Source of the DNA: Mustelus asterias
Taxonomy: Eukaryota
Assembly: GCF_964213995.1 (NCBI RefSeq)
Contig: NC_135814.1
Coordinates: forward strand, 83,824,001-83,888,000
DNA length: 64,000 nucleotides
Direction of reading: 5' to 3'
Shown: piece by piece, positions 49,747-62,855 of the stretch
Layout: every line of letters starts with the position of its first letter
How positions within the stretch are numbered: position 1 is the first letter of the stretch
The notes under the pieces: generated by a model
The model's database searches: none
The model's input: only the letters and a program-made list of their open reading frames with translations
Told to the model about the DNA's origin: nothing
Program-made: the position numbers and the translations under genes

Positions 49747-52700
49747 CTGGGCAGTTCAATGACTGCATGAAATGAAGCAGAGATTAATGCCTATGTGTGT
49801 ACGAGAGAGAGAGAGAGAGAGATTGAAAATGTAGCTGTACCAATGATTGAGGACCACCATTCCCCAGGTGTTAGAACTGGTACCATTAAATTATATTGTA
49901 CACCAGTTAATTGGAAGAGAAAATAGAAACACAACTGGCTGAAATTTCAAATTGAATCAAGTTGTAATTGCAAATAATGAAGAACAAGTTGGTCACCTAC
50001 AATGTAGGTAATAAACATTGGAACTTTAAATTAACATAATGTAGCAGAGGAAAGGATCTGGGTGTATTGGTGAATGGCAGTGCTGTGTAATGCAAGTACA
50101 TCTTGGGTTATATTGCACATGGAACTGAAGACAAATCACACTGGCTGGAATGTTCATGGTTTGCAGGAGCTGCCTGACAGGAACATAGGAATGGAGAACT
50201 TAGGAGCAGGAGTAGGTCATGATCTGAACATAAATAGTGTAATTGCCGATAGAAAGATACTGAATGATACTGGTGCAATTGAGAAAGTCTCAAAGTTGCA
50301 AATACTCACTTTGTAACACCCGTTGAATTGCAAACACATATGTAGTTTATAAATGCATGAAGCTGACCAATTGAGGGAAAAATGATCGCCTCTAGACATT
50401 TAATGGAACTGAATTAATAAACCACCGTTGTTTTGGTGGCTTGTCCGAGTCTCCCTCCGTCTGAGGCATTAATATTTGAATTTTATTTTGTTATGGAATT
50501 CAATGCCTGATAAGGTGATGGAAAGTACTTCCATAGTAACCTTCAAGATCAGAGTGACACAGAGAAGCAGAATAAAAGGAGGAGGCTGTTTCGCCCCTCT
50601 GGCCAGTCCCACGTGGCTGCTCTGCACCCAATTGCCTTCACCCATTATCTCTCAATACCTTTCGTTAACAAGAATCTATCAATCTCAGAATTAACATTTA
50701 CAATAATCTAACTGCAATTGCTGTTTGTGGAAGAGATTCCCAATCTTCAGTCACCCTGTCTGACTCATTTTTTGTCCATGTCTGAAACTCCCTAAATACA
50801 ATATGTTCCATCTATTTGTCCCACCTTTTCTGAATATCTTGAAAAATTCAATCAAATCACCCCTTAACCATCTCAATTGAAGGAATTAAAATCCTGCTAA
50901 GTATAATATCTCCGGGAGCCCAGGAATATTTCTGATGAAATTATCATACAATCCCTTCAGGGCCAGTTCATTTCTCCTAGGATGTGGTGCTCAGATCATT
51001 CACAGTGGTCCATGTGAGGTTTAACTCAAGCTTTGTTAATATGGAGCATGACTTTTCCCCACTTTTATTTATACCCTCTGGATATAAAGACCATCATTCC
51101 ATTGGCATTTTAATGTATTCTCTACCTGTTGATAAAAATTTAATGATCAAAAATATGGTTCCCAATTCTCCTTGGACTTCCGTTATTTCTAAATTTTTAC
51201 CATATGGATCTCTACTTTCAGCTCCAAATTAAATCCCCTCACCTATATTGCCAATATTGAAATCCATTTGCCACAGGTTTTTCTATTTGCATAATCTATT
51301 AATTTGTATTTTCATGCTTCCATCAAGACTCCTTACAATAATGCCTATCTTGCTGTCATTGGTAAACTTGAATATGTGGCTTTCTATGTCATCATCTCGG
51401 CTGTTAATAAATACTGTGAATAATTGAGGGTTCAAAACAAATTAAGAGATACCATGAGGTAGATCTTATCATTCTGAAGAACTGCCCATTATCCCTTCCC
51501 TCTTCTCCTGCCATTCAGTCATTGCCAAAGCAGGTCAATAATTTGCCTTCCCTTGCCTGAACTTCAACTTCGGCTAACGGACTCTTTGAAGGGATTTTAT
51601 TTAACGCTTTCTGGAAAACCAGATTGATAAAATTCATCGATATTTCCCAGTCCATTATCTTAGTCCCAGTTTCAAAACATTCAGTCAGATTTGTCAGGTA
51701 TGACCAATGGATTCATGTTGGAGGCATCTCCAGCAGATGTGTTTGCTTGAGAATATCTTGGCATCCCAAAACTCCAGCATTCCACTCTTCAGACAAATAA
51801 ATTACGCTGCCATGTCTCAAATCGCCATATTTATTTAATTAATTAATGTGTATATTCAATGACTATCTGTTGTGATATCAGATTGTTTAACTCGCTTAGC
51901 TATAAATTTGGTGTATTACATGTACTTTTTTCCAGTCCTTGGTTAACCTCTTGCCGAAGTGTGAGGAAAACCAGACACTTTAAAACTCAACAATCACCAG
52001 CAATGCCTCTGAACCTCAGTTCTCAGGCCTCACTGACTCTTGCTCCCTCTATCAGACCAATCCTGGTTCTCTAAAGAAGCGGAACAGCACATCTTCCCCC
52101 ACTGCGCCAAATTCACTCACTTACCACATTTCCGGAGTTCAGTAAGTACTCTGTCCAGTTGAACTTCATGCTACTTGTTTTGTTTGATTTATCAGCAACT
52201 GATAAGCCAACAGAATAAAACGTTACGACCATTTAACCTCCAAGCAAAAGAAAAACTTTCACCAGCGACCGGGGATGAAGGAAATGAATGCAAGATGACA
52301 GTGCCCTCTGAATGGAATGTCCACTTGTACCAAATATCTGACTTAGCACTGTGTCCACAAAGCATTCTGTTGCTCAATGTTCCTTGAATAGGATCACTCC
52401 AGATCTCCTTTTCACCATCAATGATTATTTTTTAAACCACATTCTAAAAATGTCTTTGATCACGCTACCACTGGCCTTTCTATTTCTCTGTTTACTATTC
52501 CAAAATGCCTTCAGCTTAACTGAAACTTAGAAACTAATGAAAGGTCCCACACAACAAAGCGACACTGATTCAAATATGAATTCAATACGAACAATAAAAT
52601 GTTAACAAATATCATCTATGAAATCAAATAGACACATGCAGTGATTAAAGCTTTATGGGCTTTGGAGCACAATGGGAAATCGGATAACACTGGCAGCCAA

Positions 52701-53069
52701 TTATATAAAATGGTGTGAATAAAAAATAACTTGTTCAGGATATATACATCTGCCTTGTGGCCAATTCTGGAGTCTACCGCAATCATTACATGGACAAATC
52801 GGAAACACACCTGATTGAATATGCAGCATTAACTGTTGGGGAATTTCAGTGTAAATACAGTATCAGGAACACAATGAATACCAATGTCCTTTTGCCTTAT
52901 TGACCCAACAATTAAAATGAGGTGGAGGCAAAAAACATTCAATTATACATAGGTTAAAATGGTTTTCTTTAGTGTATGTGATGTGTTTTGTTGCTTTTGT
53001 GCTGAGTTCAAACTATTGCGATCATTAAAATAACAAAAGTACAGCCCAGGGAGGCAATTCTGTCCAACG

Positions 53070-53075
53070 TATAAA
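53070..53075 (+). promoter_or_regulatory. TATA box of g6
   Basis: TATAAA 63 bp upstream of ATG 53133. Confidence 0.75.
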
Positions 53076-53132
53076 TACCAAGCTGTGTGAAGTGGTGAAG
53101 CACTCAGTCAGTCCGCTAAATCTGAGCTCAAA

Positions 53133-55182
53133 ATGGGAAAGGCAAGGATAAATCTGAGATATTATATTACAGTAGAACTCTTTGACAAGATTTGACAAGT
53201 TATTAACTAATTATTCGGCCATTTTATCCACAGATCATCTTTTACGAGGACAGGAACTTCCAGGGTCGGCACTATGAGTGCAGCAGTGACTGTGCTGACC
53301 TGTCCCCTTACTTCAGTCGCTGTAACTCCATCCGTGTGGACAGTGACTGGTGGGTGATGTATGAGAGACCCAATTACATGGGATACCAGTATGTTCTGAG
53401 CAGGGGAGAATATCCTGACTACCAGCACTGGATGGGATTCAATGACAACATCAGGTCTTGTCGCTCCTACCCACACGTAAGTTTCCTTTGGTGACTTTTG
53501 CATGTAACCCGGATGGATGAGTGAAAAATGATAAGCTGTTGGGCAGTTGAGTTTCTTAGTTTGAACTGAAGAAACCTTTTAGCTGTTTTACCAATATTTT
53601 GTGTGTGGAGCATCTAAATATGCTTTCTTTGGAATTGATAACTAATAAGAACATAAGAACATAAGAAATAGGAGCAGGAGTAGGCCATCTAGCCCCTCGA
53701 GCCTGCCCCGCCATTCAATAAGATCATGGCTGATCTGAAGTGGATCAGTTCCACTTACCCACCTGATCCCTATAACCCCTAATTCCCTTACCGATCAGGA
53801 ATCCATCTATCCGTGATTTAAACATATTCAACGAGGTAGCCTCCACCACTTCAGTGGGCAGAGAATTCCAGAGATTCACCACCCTCTGAGAGAAGAAGTT
53901 CCTCCTCAACTCTGTCCTAAACTGACCCCACTTTATTTTGAGGCTGTGTCCTCTAGTTCTAGTTTCCTTTCTAAGTGGAAAGAATCTCTCCATCTCTACC
54001 CTATCCAGCCCCTTCATTATCGTATAGGTCTCTATAAGATCCCCCCTCAGCCTTCTAAATTCCAATGAATACAAACCCAATCTGCTCAGTCTCTCCTCAT
54101 AATCAATACCCCTCATCTCTGGTATCAACCTGGGGAACCTTCTCTGCACTCCCTCCAAGGCCAATATATCCTTCCGCAAATAAGGGGACCAATACTGCAC
54201 ACAGTATTCCAGCTGCGGCCTCACCAATGCCCTGTACAGATGCAGCAAGACATCTCTGCTTTTATATTCTATCCCCCTTGCGATATGGGCCAACATCCCA
54301 TTTGCCTTCTTGATCACCTGTTGCACCTGCAGACTGGGTTTTTGCGTCTCATGCACAAGGACCCCCAGATAAAATATATAAATCATTTTCACAAATGTAT
54401 AATTAATTATACTTAAATATTAAAACCATGAAGCCTACATGGGTCGATAGTTTAAAGAGAAAGCAATAATAGTATTAGAAGTTGGTTTGCATTATGTAAC
54501 TATTTAGAGCTAAAAACCCTGGAATTGCTGGTTTGATTGTAAGTATATTCTTTACAATGAGGTTGAAAATACTAGGCCTTATTAATAGACATTATATCCA
54601 ATTGCAATATTCTACTACTCAGTGAGGTGGAAAAACCATCGGTACCTAATGTGGAACAGAAATTAGCATTAATATCAAAATAAATCTGTATGGCCCAGCT
54701 GGAATCCAACCTGAAAATAATGTTCGAAAGATTTCACCATTTTTTGTAATAATTTGAAGGAGGGATGCATGGGAATGTAGTCAACAGATAATGAACTCAG
54801 TTGCTTGGTAATATAATTTGCAACTCTTCATATACTCCCTGCTCCACAGAAGGCTGTCTTCCTAATTGTTAAGTCCATTACAAATATGATGTTATTTCTA
54901 TTCCAGTACCGAGGTGCAAACTACAGATTGAGGATTTACGAGAGGCCTGACTTTGGGGGACAGATGATGGAATTCATGGATGACTGCCCCTCTGTCTACG
55001 ATCGTTTCCGTTACAGTGACATTAACTCCTGCCATGTGATGGACGGTTACTGGATCTTCTATGAACATCCCAACTACAGAGGCCGACAGTATTTCATGAG
55101 ACCCGGTGAATACAGGAGATACAGTGACTGGGGCGGCTACAACTCAACTATCGGATCTTTCAGACGCATGAGAGAATTCTAG
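53133..55182 (+). CDS. Gamma-crystallin g6, join(53133..53141,53234..53476,54907..55182), 175 aa
   Basis: Intact. Variants [42 protein letters not shown] follows the stop. Confidence 0.95.
53648..54368 (-). mobile_element. 5'-truncated CR1-B-related LINE, antisense, in g6 intron 2
   Basis: ORF 53745..54392(-) matches the CR1-B C-terminus with many substitutions. The (CATAAGAA)n tail is at the left end. Confidence 0.95.
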
Positions 55183-56540
55183 ATTGTTCTTGATAAATGT
55201 GATTCCTCATTGCTGAAATATTTTTGAAAATAATAAAACCTCCTGTCATTCACAGTCAAGGTTTTCATTTATTTGTGGATTGTTGTGGAGATCATTAGAA
55301 CTTTCCTGGAACTGAGTTCTCATCTTCTCCATTTTACATCTGTAATCTCAGCTCATGGATATATCTCATCGGCAAAATGTAAATTTAGGAATAAACCTTG
55401 TCCATATTATTAATAATTTAATACATTGACTCGGTGAAATTGACAGGATACTCATTCTATTCGACCAATTCTCCGTAGATAAGGGAATGGTGCCAGAGAA
55501 CTGGAACATTAGATTTCAAAAAAGAGGAATGGAGAATAAGGCAAGGACGATGAATCGTTATAAAGCACTGTTTGGCTCTGACCTGAATTCTTATTTCCAA
55601 TTCTGCACACCGAATTTCGGAAGGAGGTAAAAGTTGGAACAATGGTGCAGAAAAGATTCAGGAGAATAGTTTCAGGCATGAGGGATTTCAGTTAGGTGGA
55701 TAGATTAGAGAAGCTGGAACTGTCCTCCTGACAGAAGAGAAGGTTCAGAGATGGTTTGATGGATGTGTTTAAAGTCCAGAGGTGTCTGGACAAATTATAT
55801 AGAAAGGTGCTGTTTCCTTTGGTGGATGGGTTGAGAAACAGAGGACACCCACTTATTGTGATTGGTAAAAGGAAACCAACATGAGGAAATGTATTTTTAA
55901 ATGGAGAGTGGTTCTGATCTGTTTTGCATTACTGGACAGCGGGTTAAAGGTTTCAAGGGAAAACTGTACAAGCACAGGAAGAGAATAACTTTGCCAGGCT
56001 TCATGGAATGAGTGGGGTTTGAGAACTATTCATGGTGCTCGAGCAACTGGCACCGATATGTTTTCAAAATCCTTGGTGGTTGGCAGTTCTAAGATTGATT
56101 CACCAATGACTGCATGAAATGAAGCAGAGATTAATGCCTATGTGTGTGTGGGAGAGGGAGAGTGAGTGAAAACAGAGCTGTACCAATGATTGAGGACCAC
56201 CACTCCCCAGGCATTAGAGCTGGTACCATTACAATCATATTGTATATCAATTAATTGGAAGAGAAAATAGAAACATAACTGGCTGAACTTTCAAACTGAA
56301 TCAAGGTAGAATTGCAAATAATGAAAAACAAGTTGGTCAGCTAGAATGTCATGAGATTCGGAAAGTGTAATAAACACTGGAACTATAAATTAACATAATG
56401 TAGGAGAGGAAAGGATCTGGGTGTGCTGGTGAATGGCAGTGTTGTGTAATGCAAGTACATCTTGGGTTATATTGCACATGGAACTGAAGACAAATCACAC
56501 TGGCTGGAATGTTCATGGTTTGCAGGAGCTGCCTGACAGG

Positions 56541-59500
56541 AACATAGGAATGGAGAACTTAGGAGCAGGAGTAGATCATGATCTGAACATAAATAGTGTC
56601 ACTGCTGATAGAAAGATACTGAATGATACTGGTGAGCTTGAGAAAGTCTCAAAGTTGCAAGTATTCACTTTGTAACATCCATGGAATTGCAAACACATAA
56701 GTAGTTTATAAATGCATGAAGCTGACCAATTCAGGGGAAAATGATCGCCTCCAGACATTTAATGGAACTGAATTAAACCATCATTGTTTTGGTGGCTTGT
56801 CCGAGTCTCTCTCTGTCTCAGGCATTAATATCTGAATCATATTTCATTATGGAATTCAATGCCTGATAAGGTGATGGAAACCACTTCCATAGTAACCTTC
56901 AAGAACAGAGTGACATAGAGGAAGAGAATAAAAGGAGGAGGCTGTTTAGCCCCTCTGGCCAGTCCCACATGGCTGCTGTGCAGTCAATCCCCGATTGCCT
57001 TCACCCATTATCCCTTAATACCTTTCGTTAACAAGAGTCTATCAATCTCAGATTGAACATTTACAATATGTGGAAGAGATTTCCAGACTTCAGTCATCGT
57101 GTCTGACTCATTTTTTTGTCCATGTCTGAAACTCTTTAAATAGGATAAATATGTTGTATCTATTTGGCCCACCTTTTCTGAAAATCTTGAAAACTTCAAT
57201 CAAATTTCCCCTTAACCGTCTAAATTCAAGGAATTAAAATCCTGCTGTGTATAATATTTCCGGGAGGCCAGGTATCGTTCTGATGAAGTTAAAATACAAT
57301 CCCTCCAGAGCCAATTCATTTGTTCTGAGGTGTTCTGCTCAGATCATTCACAATGCCACACGTGAGGCTTAACTAGAGCTTTGTTAATATGGAGCAGGGC
57401 TTTTTACCCACTTTTATTTATACGCTCCGGATATAAAGACCATCATTCCATTGGCCTTTTTATTATTCTCTACCTGTTGATAAAAATGTAATGATCAAAA
57501 ATATGGTCCCCAATTCTCTTTGGTCTTCCGTTGTTTCTAGATTTTTACACATGGAAAGTACACTTATCAGTCCTTTCAGATCCAAATTAAATCCCTTCGC
57601 CTATATTGCCTACATTTGCCACAGGCATTTTCCATTTGCACAATCTATTAATTTGTATTTTCATGCTTCCATCAACACTCCTTACAATAATGCCTATCGT
57701 CCTGTCATTGGTAAACTTGAATATGTGGCTTTCTATGTCATCATCTAGGCTATTAATTAAGACTGCGAATATTTGAGGGTTCAACACAAATTGTCAAGAG
57801 ATTCCACGAGGTACACCTTCCCATTCTGAAGAACTGCCCATTATCCCTTCCCTCTTCTCCTGCCATTCAGTCATTTCCTAAACAGGTCAATAATTTGCCT
57901 TCCCTTGCCTGAACTTCACCTTTGGTTAACTGACTCTTTTATTTATCGCTTTCTGGAAGACCATATTGATAAAATCCATAGATATTTCCCAGTCTACTAT
58001 CTTAGTCACAATTTTAAAACATAGGAATGGAGGACTTAGGAGCAGGAGTAGATCATGATCTGAACATAAATAGTGTCATTGCTGATAGAAAGATACTGAA
58101 TGATACTGGTGAGATAGAGAAAGTCTCAAAATTGCAAATGCTCACCTTGTAACATCCATGGAATTGCAAACACATAAATAGTTTATAAATGCATGAAGCA
58201 GACCAATTCAGGGGAAAATGATCATCTCTGGACAGTTAATGGAACTGAATTAAATCATCATTGTTTTGGTGGCTTGTCCAAGTCTCTCTCTGTCTCAGGC
58301 ATTAATATCTGAATTATATTTTATTATGGAATAAATCGCCTGATAAGGTGATGGAAACCACGTCCATAGCAACCTTCAAGAACAGAGTGACATAGAGGAA
58401 GAGAATAAAAGGAGGAGGCTGTTTAGCCCCTCTGGCCAGTCCCTCATGGCTGCTGTGCAGTCAATCCCCAATTGCCTTCACCCATTACCCCTTAATACCT
58501 TTCGTTAACAAGAGTCTATCAACCTCAGATTGAACATTTACAATATCTAACCGCAATTGCTGTTTGTGGAAGAGATTCCCAAACTTCAGTCACCCTGTCT
58601 GACTCATTTTTTTGTCCATGTCTGAAATTCCCTAAATAGCAGAAATATGTTCTGTTTATTTGGCCCACCTTTTCTAAATATCTTGAAAAAATCACCCCTT
58701 AACCATCTAAATTCAAGGAATTAAAATCCTGCTGTGTATAATATCTCTGGGGGCCCAGGTATTGTTCTGTTGAAGTTATTATACATCCCTCCAGAGACAA
58801 TTCATTTCTCCGAAAAACTTCTGCTCAGGTCATTCACAGAGCTCCGTGTGAGGTTTAACTAGAGCTTTGTTAATATGGAGCATGACTTTTCCCCACTTTT
58901 ATTCAAACCCGCAGGATATAACGGCCATCATTCGATTGGCCTTTTTAATGTATTCTCTACCTGTTGATAAAAATTTCATGATCAAAAATACGGTCCCCAA
59001 TTCTCTTTGGTCTTTCGTTGTTTCTAGATTTTAACCGCATGTAAAGTAGACTTTCCTATCCTTTCTGATCCGAATTAAATCCCTTCGCCTATATTGCCGA
59101 TATTGGAAACCATCTGCCACACATTTTTCCATTTGCATAATCTATTAATTTGTATTTTCATGCTCCCATCAACACTCCTTACAATAATGCCTATCTTGCT
59201 GTCATCGGTAAACTTGAATATGTGGCTTTCATAGAAATTATAGAAACCCTACAGTGCAGAAGGAGGTCATTCAGCCCATCGAGTCTGCACCGACCACAAT
59301 CCCACCCAGACCCTATCCTTTCTATGTCATAACCTAGGCTGTTAATAAGTACTGGAATATTTGAGGGTTCAACACAAATTGTTAAGAGATACCATGAGGT
59401 AGATCTTCCCATTCTTAGTAACTGCCCACGATCCCTTCCCTCTTCTTCTGCCATTCAGTCATTTCCTAATTAGGTCAATACTTTGCCTTCCCTTGCCTGA

Positions 59501-59620
59501 ACTTCAACTTTGGCTAACAGACTTTTTGAAAGGATTTTATTTAATGCTTTCTGGAAAACCAGATTGACAAAATCTATAGATATTTCCCAGTCCATTATCT
59601 TAGTCACATTTTCAAAACAT
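56541..59620. repeat. Old about 1.5-kb tandem duplication inside the unit-6 spacer (56541-58017 / 58018-about 59620)
   Basis: aacataggaatggag..cttaggagcaggagtagatcatgatctgaac occurs at 56541 and 58018, and the following sequence is collinear. Units 1-5 have one copy (about 3843-5341). Confidence 0.9.
59231..59317 (-). mobile_element. 5'-truncated HE1-like SINE 3' end, 87 bp
   Basis: The reverse complement matches about 9175-9267. TSD CTTTC at 59226-59230 and 59318-59322. Empty site at about 57729 and about 5041. Confidence 0.88.
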
Positions 59621-61025
59621 TCAGTCAGATTTGTCAGCTATGATCAAGAGATTCAAGATGGAGGCATCTCCAGCAGATGTGTTTGCTTGAGAATATCTTG
59701 TTATCCCGAAACTCCAGCATTCTGCTCTTTAAAACAAATAAATTACGCTGCCATGTTTCAAATTGCCATATTTATTTAATTAATTAATGTGTATATTCAA
59801 TGAATATCTGTTGTGATATCAGATTGTTTAACTCGCTTAGCTATAAATTTGGTGTATTACATGTACTTTTTCCCAGTCCTTGTTTAACCTCTTGCTGAAG
59901 TTTGAGGAAAACCAGACACTTTAAAACTCAACAATCACCAGCAATGCCTCTGAACCTCAGTTCTCAGGCCTCACTGACTCTTGCTCCCTCTATCAGACCA
60001 ATCCTGGTTCTCTAAAGAAGCAGAACAGTACATCTTCCCCAACTGTGCCAAATTCGCTCACTTACCACATTTCTGGAGTTCAGTAAGTACTCTGTCCAGT
60101 TGAACTTCATGCTACTTATTTTGTTTGATTTATCAGCAACTGGTAAGCCAACAGAATAAAAAAGTTACGACCATTTAAACTCAAAACAAAAGAAAAACAC
60201 TCATCAGCTGCCAGGGATGAAGGAAATGAATGCAAGATGACAGTCCCCTCTGCATGGAATGTCCACTTGTCCCAAATATCTGACTCAGCACTGTGTCCAC
60301 AAAGCATTCTGTTCTTCAATATTCCTTGAATAGGATCACTCCAGATCTCCTTTTCACCATCAATGACTTTTTTTTAAACCACATTCTAAAAATGTCTTTG
60401 ATCACGCTACCACTGGCCTTTCTATTTCTCTGTTTACTATTCCAAAATGCCTTCAGCTTAACTGAAACTTAGAAACGAATGAAAGGTCCCACACAACAAA
60501 GCGACACTGATTCAAAAATATGAACTCAATATGAACAATAACATTTTAATAAATACCATCTATGAAACCAAATAGCTACATGCAGTGATTAAAGCTTTAG
60601 GGGCTTTGGAGCACAATGTGAAATCAGATAACACTGATAGTTACACATCAGCAAATTATATAAAGTGGTGTGAATTAAAAATAACTTGTTCTAGATGTAT
60701 ACATCTCCTTGTGGCCAGTTCTGGAGTCTACTGCAATCATTACATGGACAAATCGGAAACACACCTGATTGAATGTGCAACATTAACTGTTGGGGAATTT
60801 CAGTGTAAATACAGTATCAGGAACACAATGAATCCCAATGTCCTTTTGCCTTATTGACTCAACAATTAAAATGAGGTGAAGGCAAAACACATTCAATTAT
60901 ACATAGGTTAAAATGGTTTTCTTTAGTGTATGTGACATGTGTTTTGTTGCGTTTGTGCTGAGTTCAAACTATTGCGATCATTAAAATAACAAAAGTACAG
61001 CCCAGAGAGGCAATTCTGTCCAACG

Positions 61026-61031
61026 TATAAA
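61026..61031 (+). promoter_or_regulatory. TATA box of g7
   Basis: TATAAA 63 bp upstream of ATG 61089. Confidence 0.75.
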
Positions 61032-61088
61032 TACCCATCAGTGTGAAGCGGTGAAACAGTCAGTTAGTCAGCTAACTCTGAGCTCAAA

Positions 61089-62567
61089 ATGGGAAAGGCA
61101 AGGATAAATCTGAGTTTTAGAATTCCTATTGCTGGGTTTCACAAGTTATTAATTAATTAATCAATGTCTTTTTCTACAGATTATCTTTTACGAGGACAGG
61201 AACTTCCAGGGTCGGCACTATGAGTGCAGCAGTGACTGTGCTGACCTGTCCCCTTACTTCAGTCGCTGTAACTCTGTCCGTGTGGAGAGTGACTGGTGGG
61301 TGATGTATGAGAGACCCAATTACATGGGATACCAGTATGTTCTGAGCAGGGGAGAATATCCTGACTACCAGCGCTGGATGGGATTCAATGACAGCATCGG
61401 CTCATGTCGCTCCTACCCATACGTAAGTTACCTTCGATGATGTATTTTCTATCCAAAGTGAGATGTAGAAAATGTGTGCTCAACATTTGACTTTGTGCAC
61501 ATTAGCTCTGAAGAGACATCGGCTGTTTTCACAGGTCTGATTTTAACTTTGGCCGGTGGTGGCTAACAGGTAGTGGATTGTCTGCCTGTCACACATCCAG
61601 CCTGGTTTACCAATCCACTCACATGTCTTCCTGTCACTGCCAGAAGTTAATAAGAGCCCTTGCAATTCTGTAACCGCTGTTGATTCTTAAGTCAGTAGTT
61701 GTGCAAACTGTAAAGTTGCATCTGGGTGTCACGTCAGCAGCTTGTTGCAAAACAGAAGAACATCTGGACTACAATTGGATACATTTATTTACAATTAACC
61801 AGATATTTAAATCTGAAAGTCAAATTGGCAGTAAAGAGCTATAAATTCATTTACAAATAGACTAAGACATGACTGGCTACAACTTGATGGCAGATATACT
61901 TGCACTCAGCCCATTCATCTTACTGTAATTGCTTAATACATTATAGAAAGAGAAAGCTACCTCTACACAGAAAACGTCTGCTCACAATGGACACCAGAAA
62001 TAGAGTCACACTTTTACTGATATTGATAAAGCTCTGTCTGTGTGCACCAACTAACATCAGTCCCATTGCACTCTTACACACACTTCACTAATTAACTGTT
62101 TAAAGTTACATAGGAGCTGCTTGTTGCTAACAAGTTTCAAACATTATCAATCTATTGAATCGACGTTAATAAATTATCTCATTGTTGTCATCGTCTGTTA
62201 TATTCCTTCTTTTACAATGTTCCTATTTTAATAGATATACCAAATGTACATTTGCAGTTTCACCATTAATATCATCTTATCTCTATTCCAGAACCGAGGT
62301 GGAAACTACAGAATGAGGATTTACGAGAGGCCTGACTTTGGGGGACAGATGATGGAATTCATGGAAGACTGTCCCTCTGTCTACGATCGTTTCCGTTACC
62401 GTGACATTCACTCCTGCCACGTGATGGACGGTTACTGGACCTTCTATGAACATCCCAACTACAGAGGCCGACAGTACTTCATGAGACCCGGTGAATACAG
62501 GAGATACAGTGACTGGGGTGGCTACAACTCAACTGTCGGATCTTTCAGACGCATGAGAGATTTCTAA
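61089..62567 (+). CDS. Gamma-crystallin g7, join(61089..61097,61180..61422,62292..62567), 175 aa; no young LINE in its 869-bp intron 2
   Basis: MGK | IIFYEDRNF...VRVESDWW...[13 protein letters not shown] | [10 protein letters not shown]...MRDF*. GC-AG intron 1 of 82 bp. AATAAA at 62617-62622. Confidence 0.95.
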
Positions 62568-62855
62568 TCTGTTATTGTTAAACATGACCTTATTATGCTG
62601 AATCATATGTCAACATAATAAAATGCATTCTATTACAATGTGACCTTGCTTAAATCACTTATTTTCGGATGCTTGTCAAAATTGTTCCAAACCATGCGTG
62701 TATCTGGTGTTCACATGCAGAATACTTCGCCAGTGACGAGATTATCATTAAAGTGAGAAAATACAGAAGCAGAAAAATTGTCGGCCAAGATCCTGTCAGA
62801 AAAGTGTGAACAGGCCAATTGTATCATCCTTGTTGAACTTGCTGAGGTTTGCACC

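Larger units (their letters stand above)
1..62625 (+). repeat. Tandem array of 7 gamma-crystallin gene units (7.4-12.3 kb period), open at the left window edge
   Basis: Exon 3 recurs at 1067, 11362, 23615, 35862, 47421, 54907 and 62292. The spacers after g1-g5 are near-identical (the same spurious ORFs recur in the track). The spacer after g6 is homologous but more diverged. Confidence 0.97.

Noticed and set aside
46215-54368. Inverted pair formed by CR1-B of g5 and the antisense CR1-B-like piece of g6 (possible dsRNA or inversion)
   Set aside because: They are about 6.7 kb apart in different transcription units and clearly diverged. The intervening sequence is collinear with other units, so there is no inversion.
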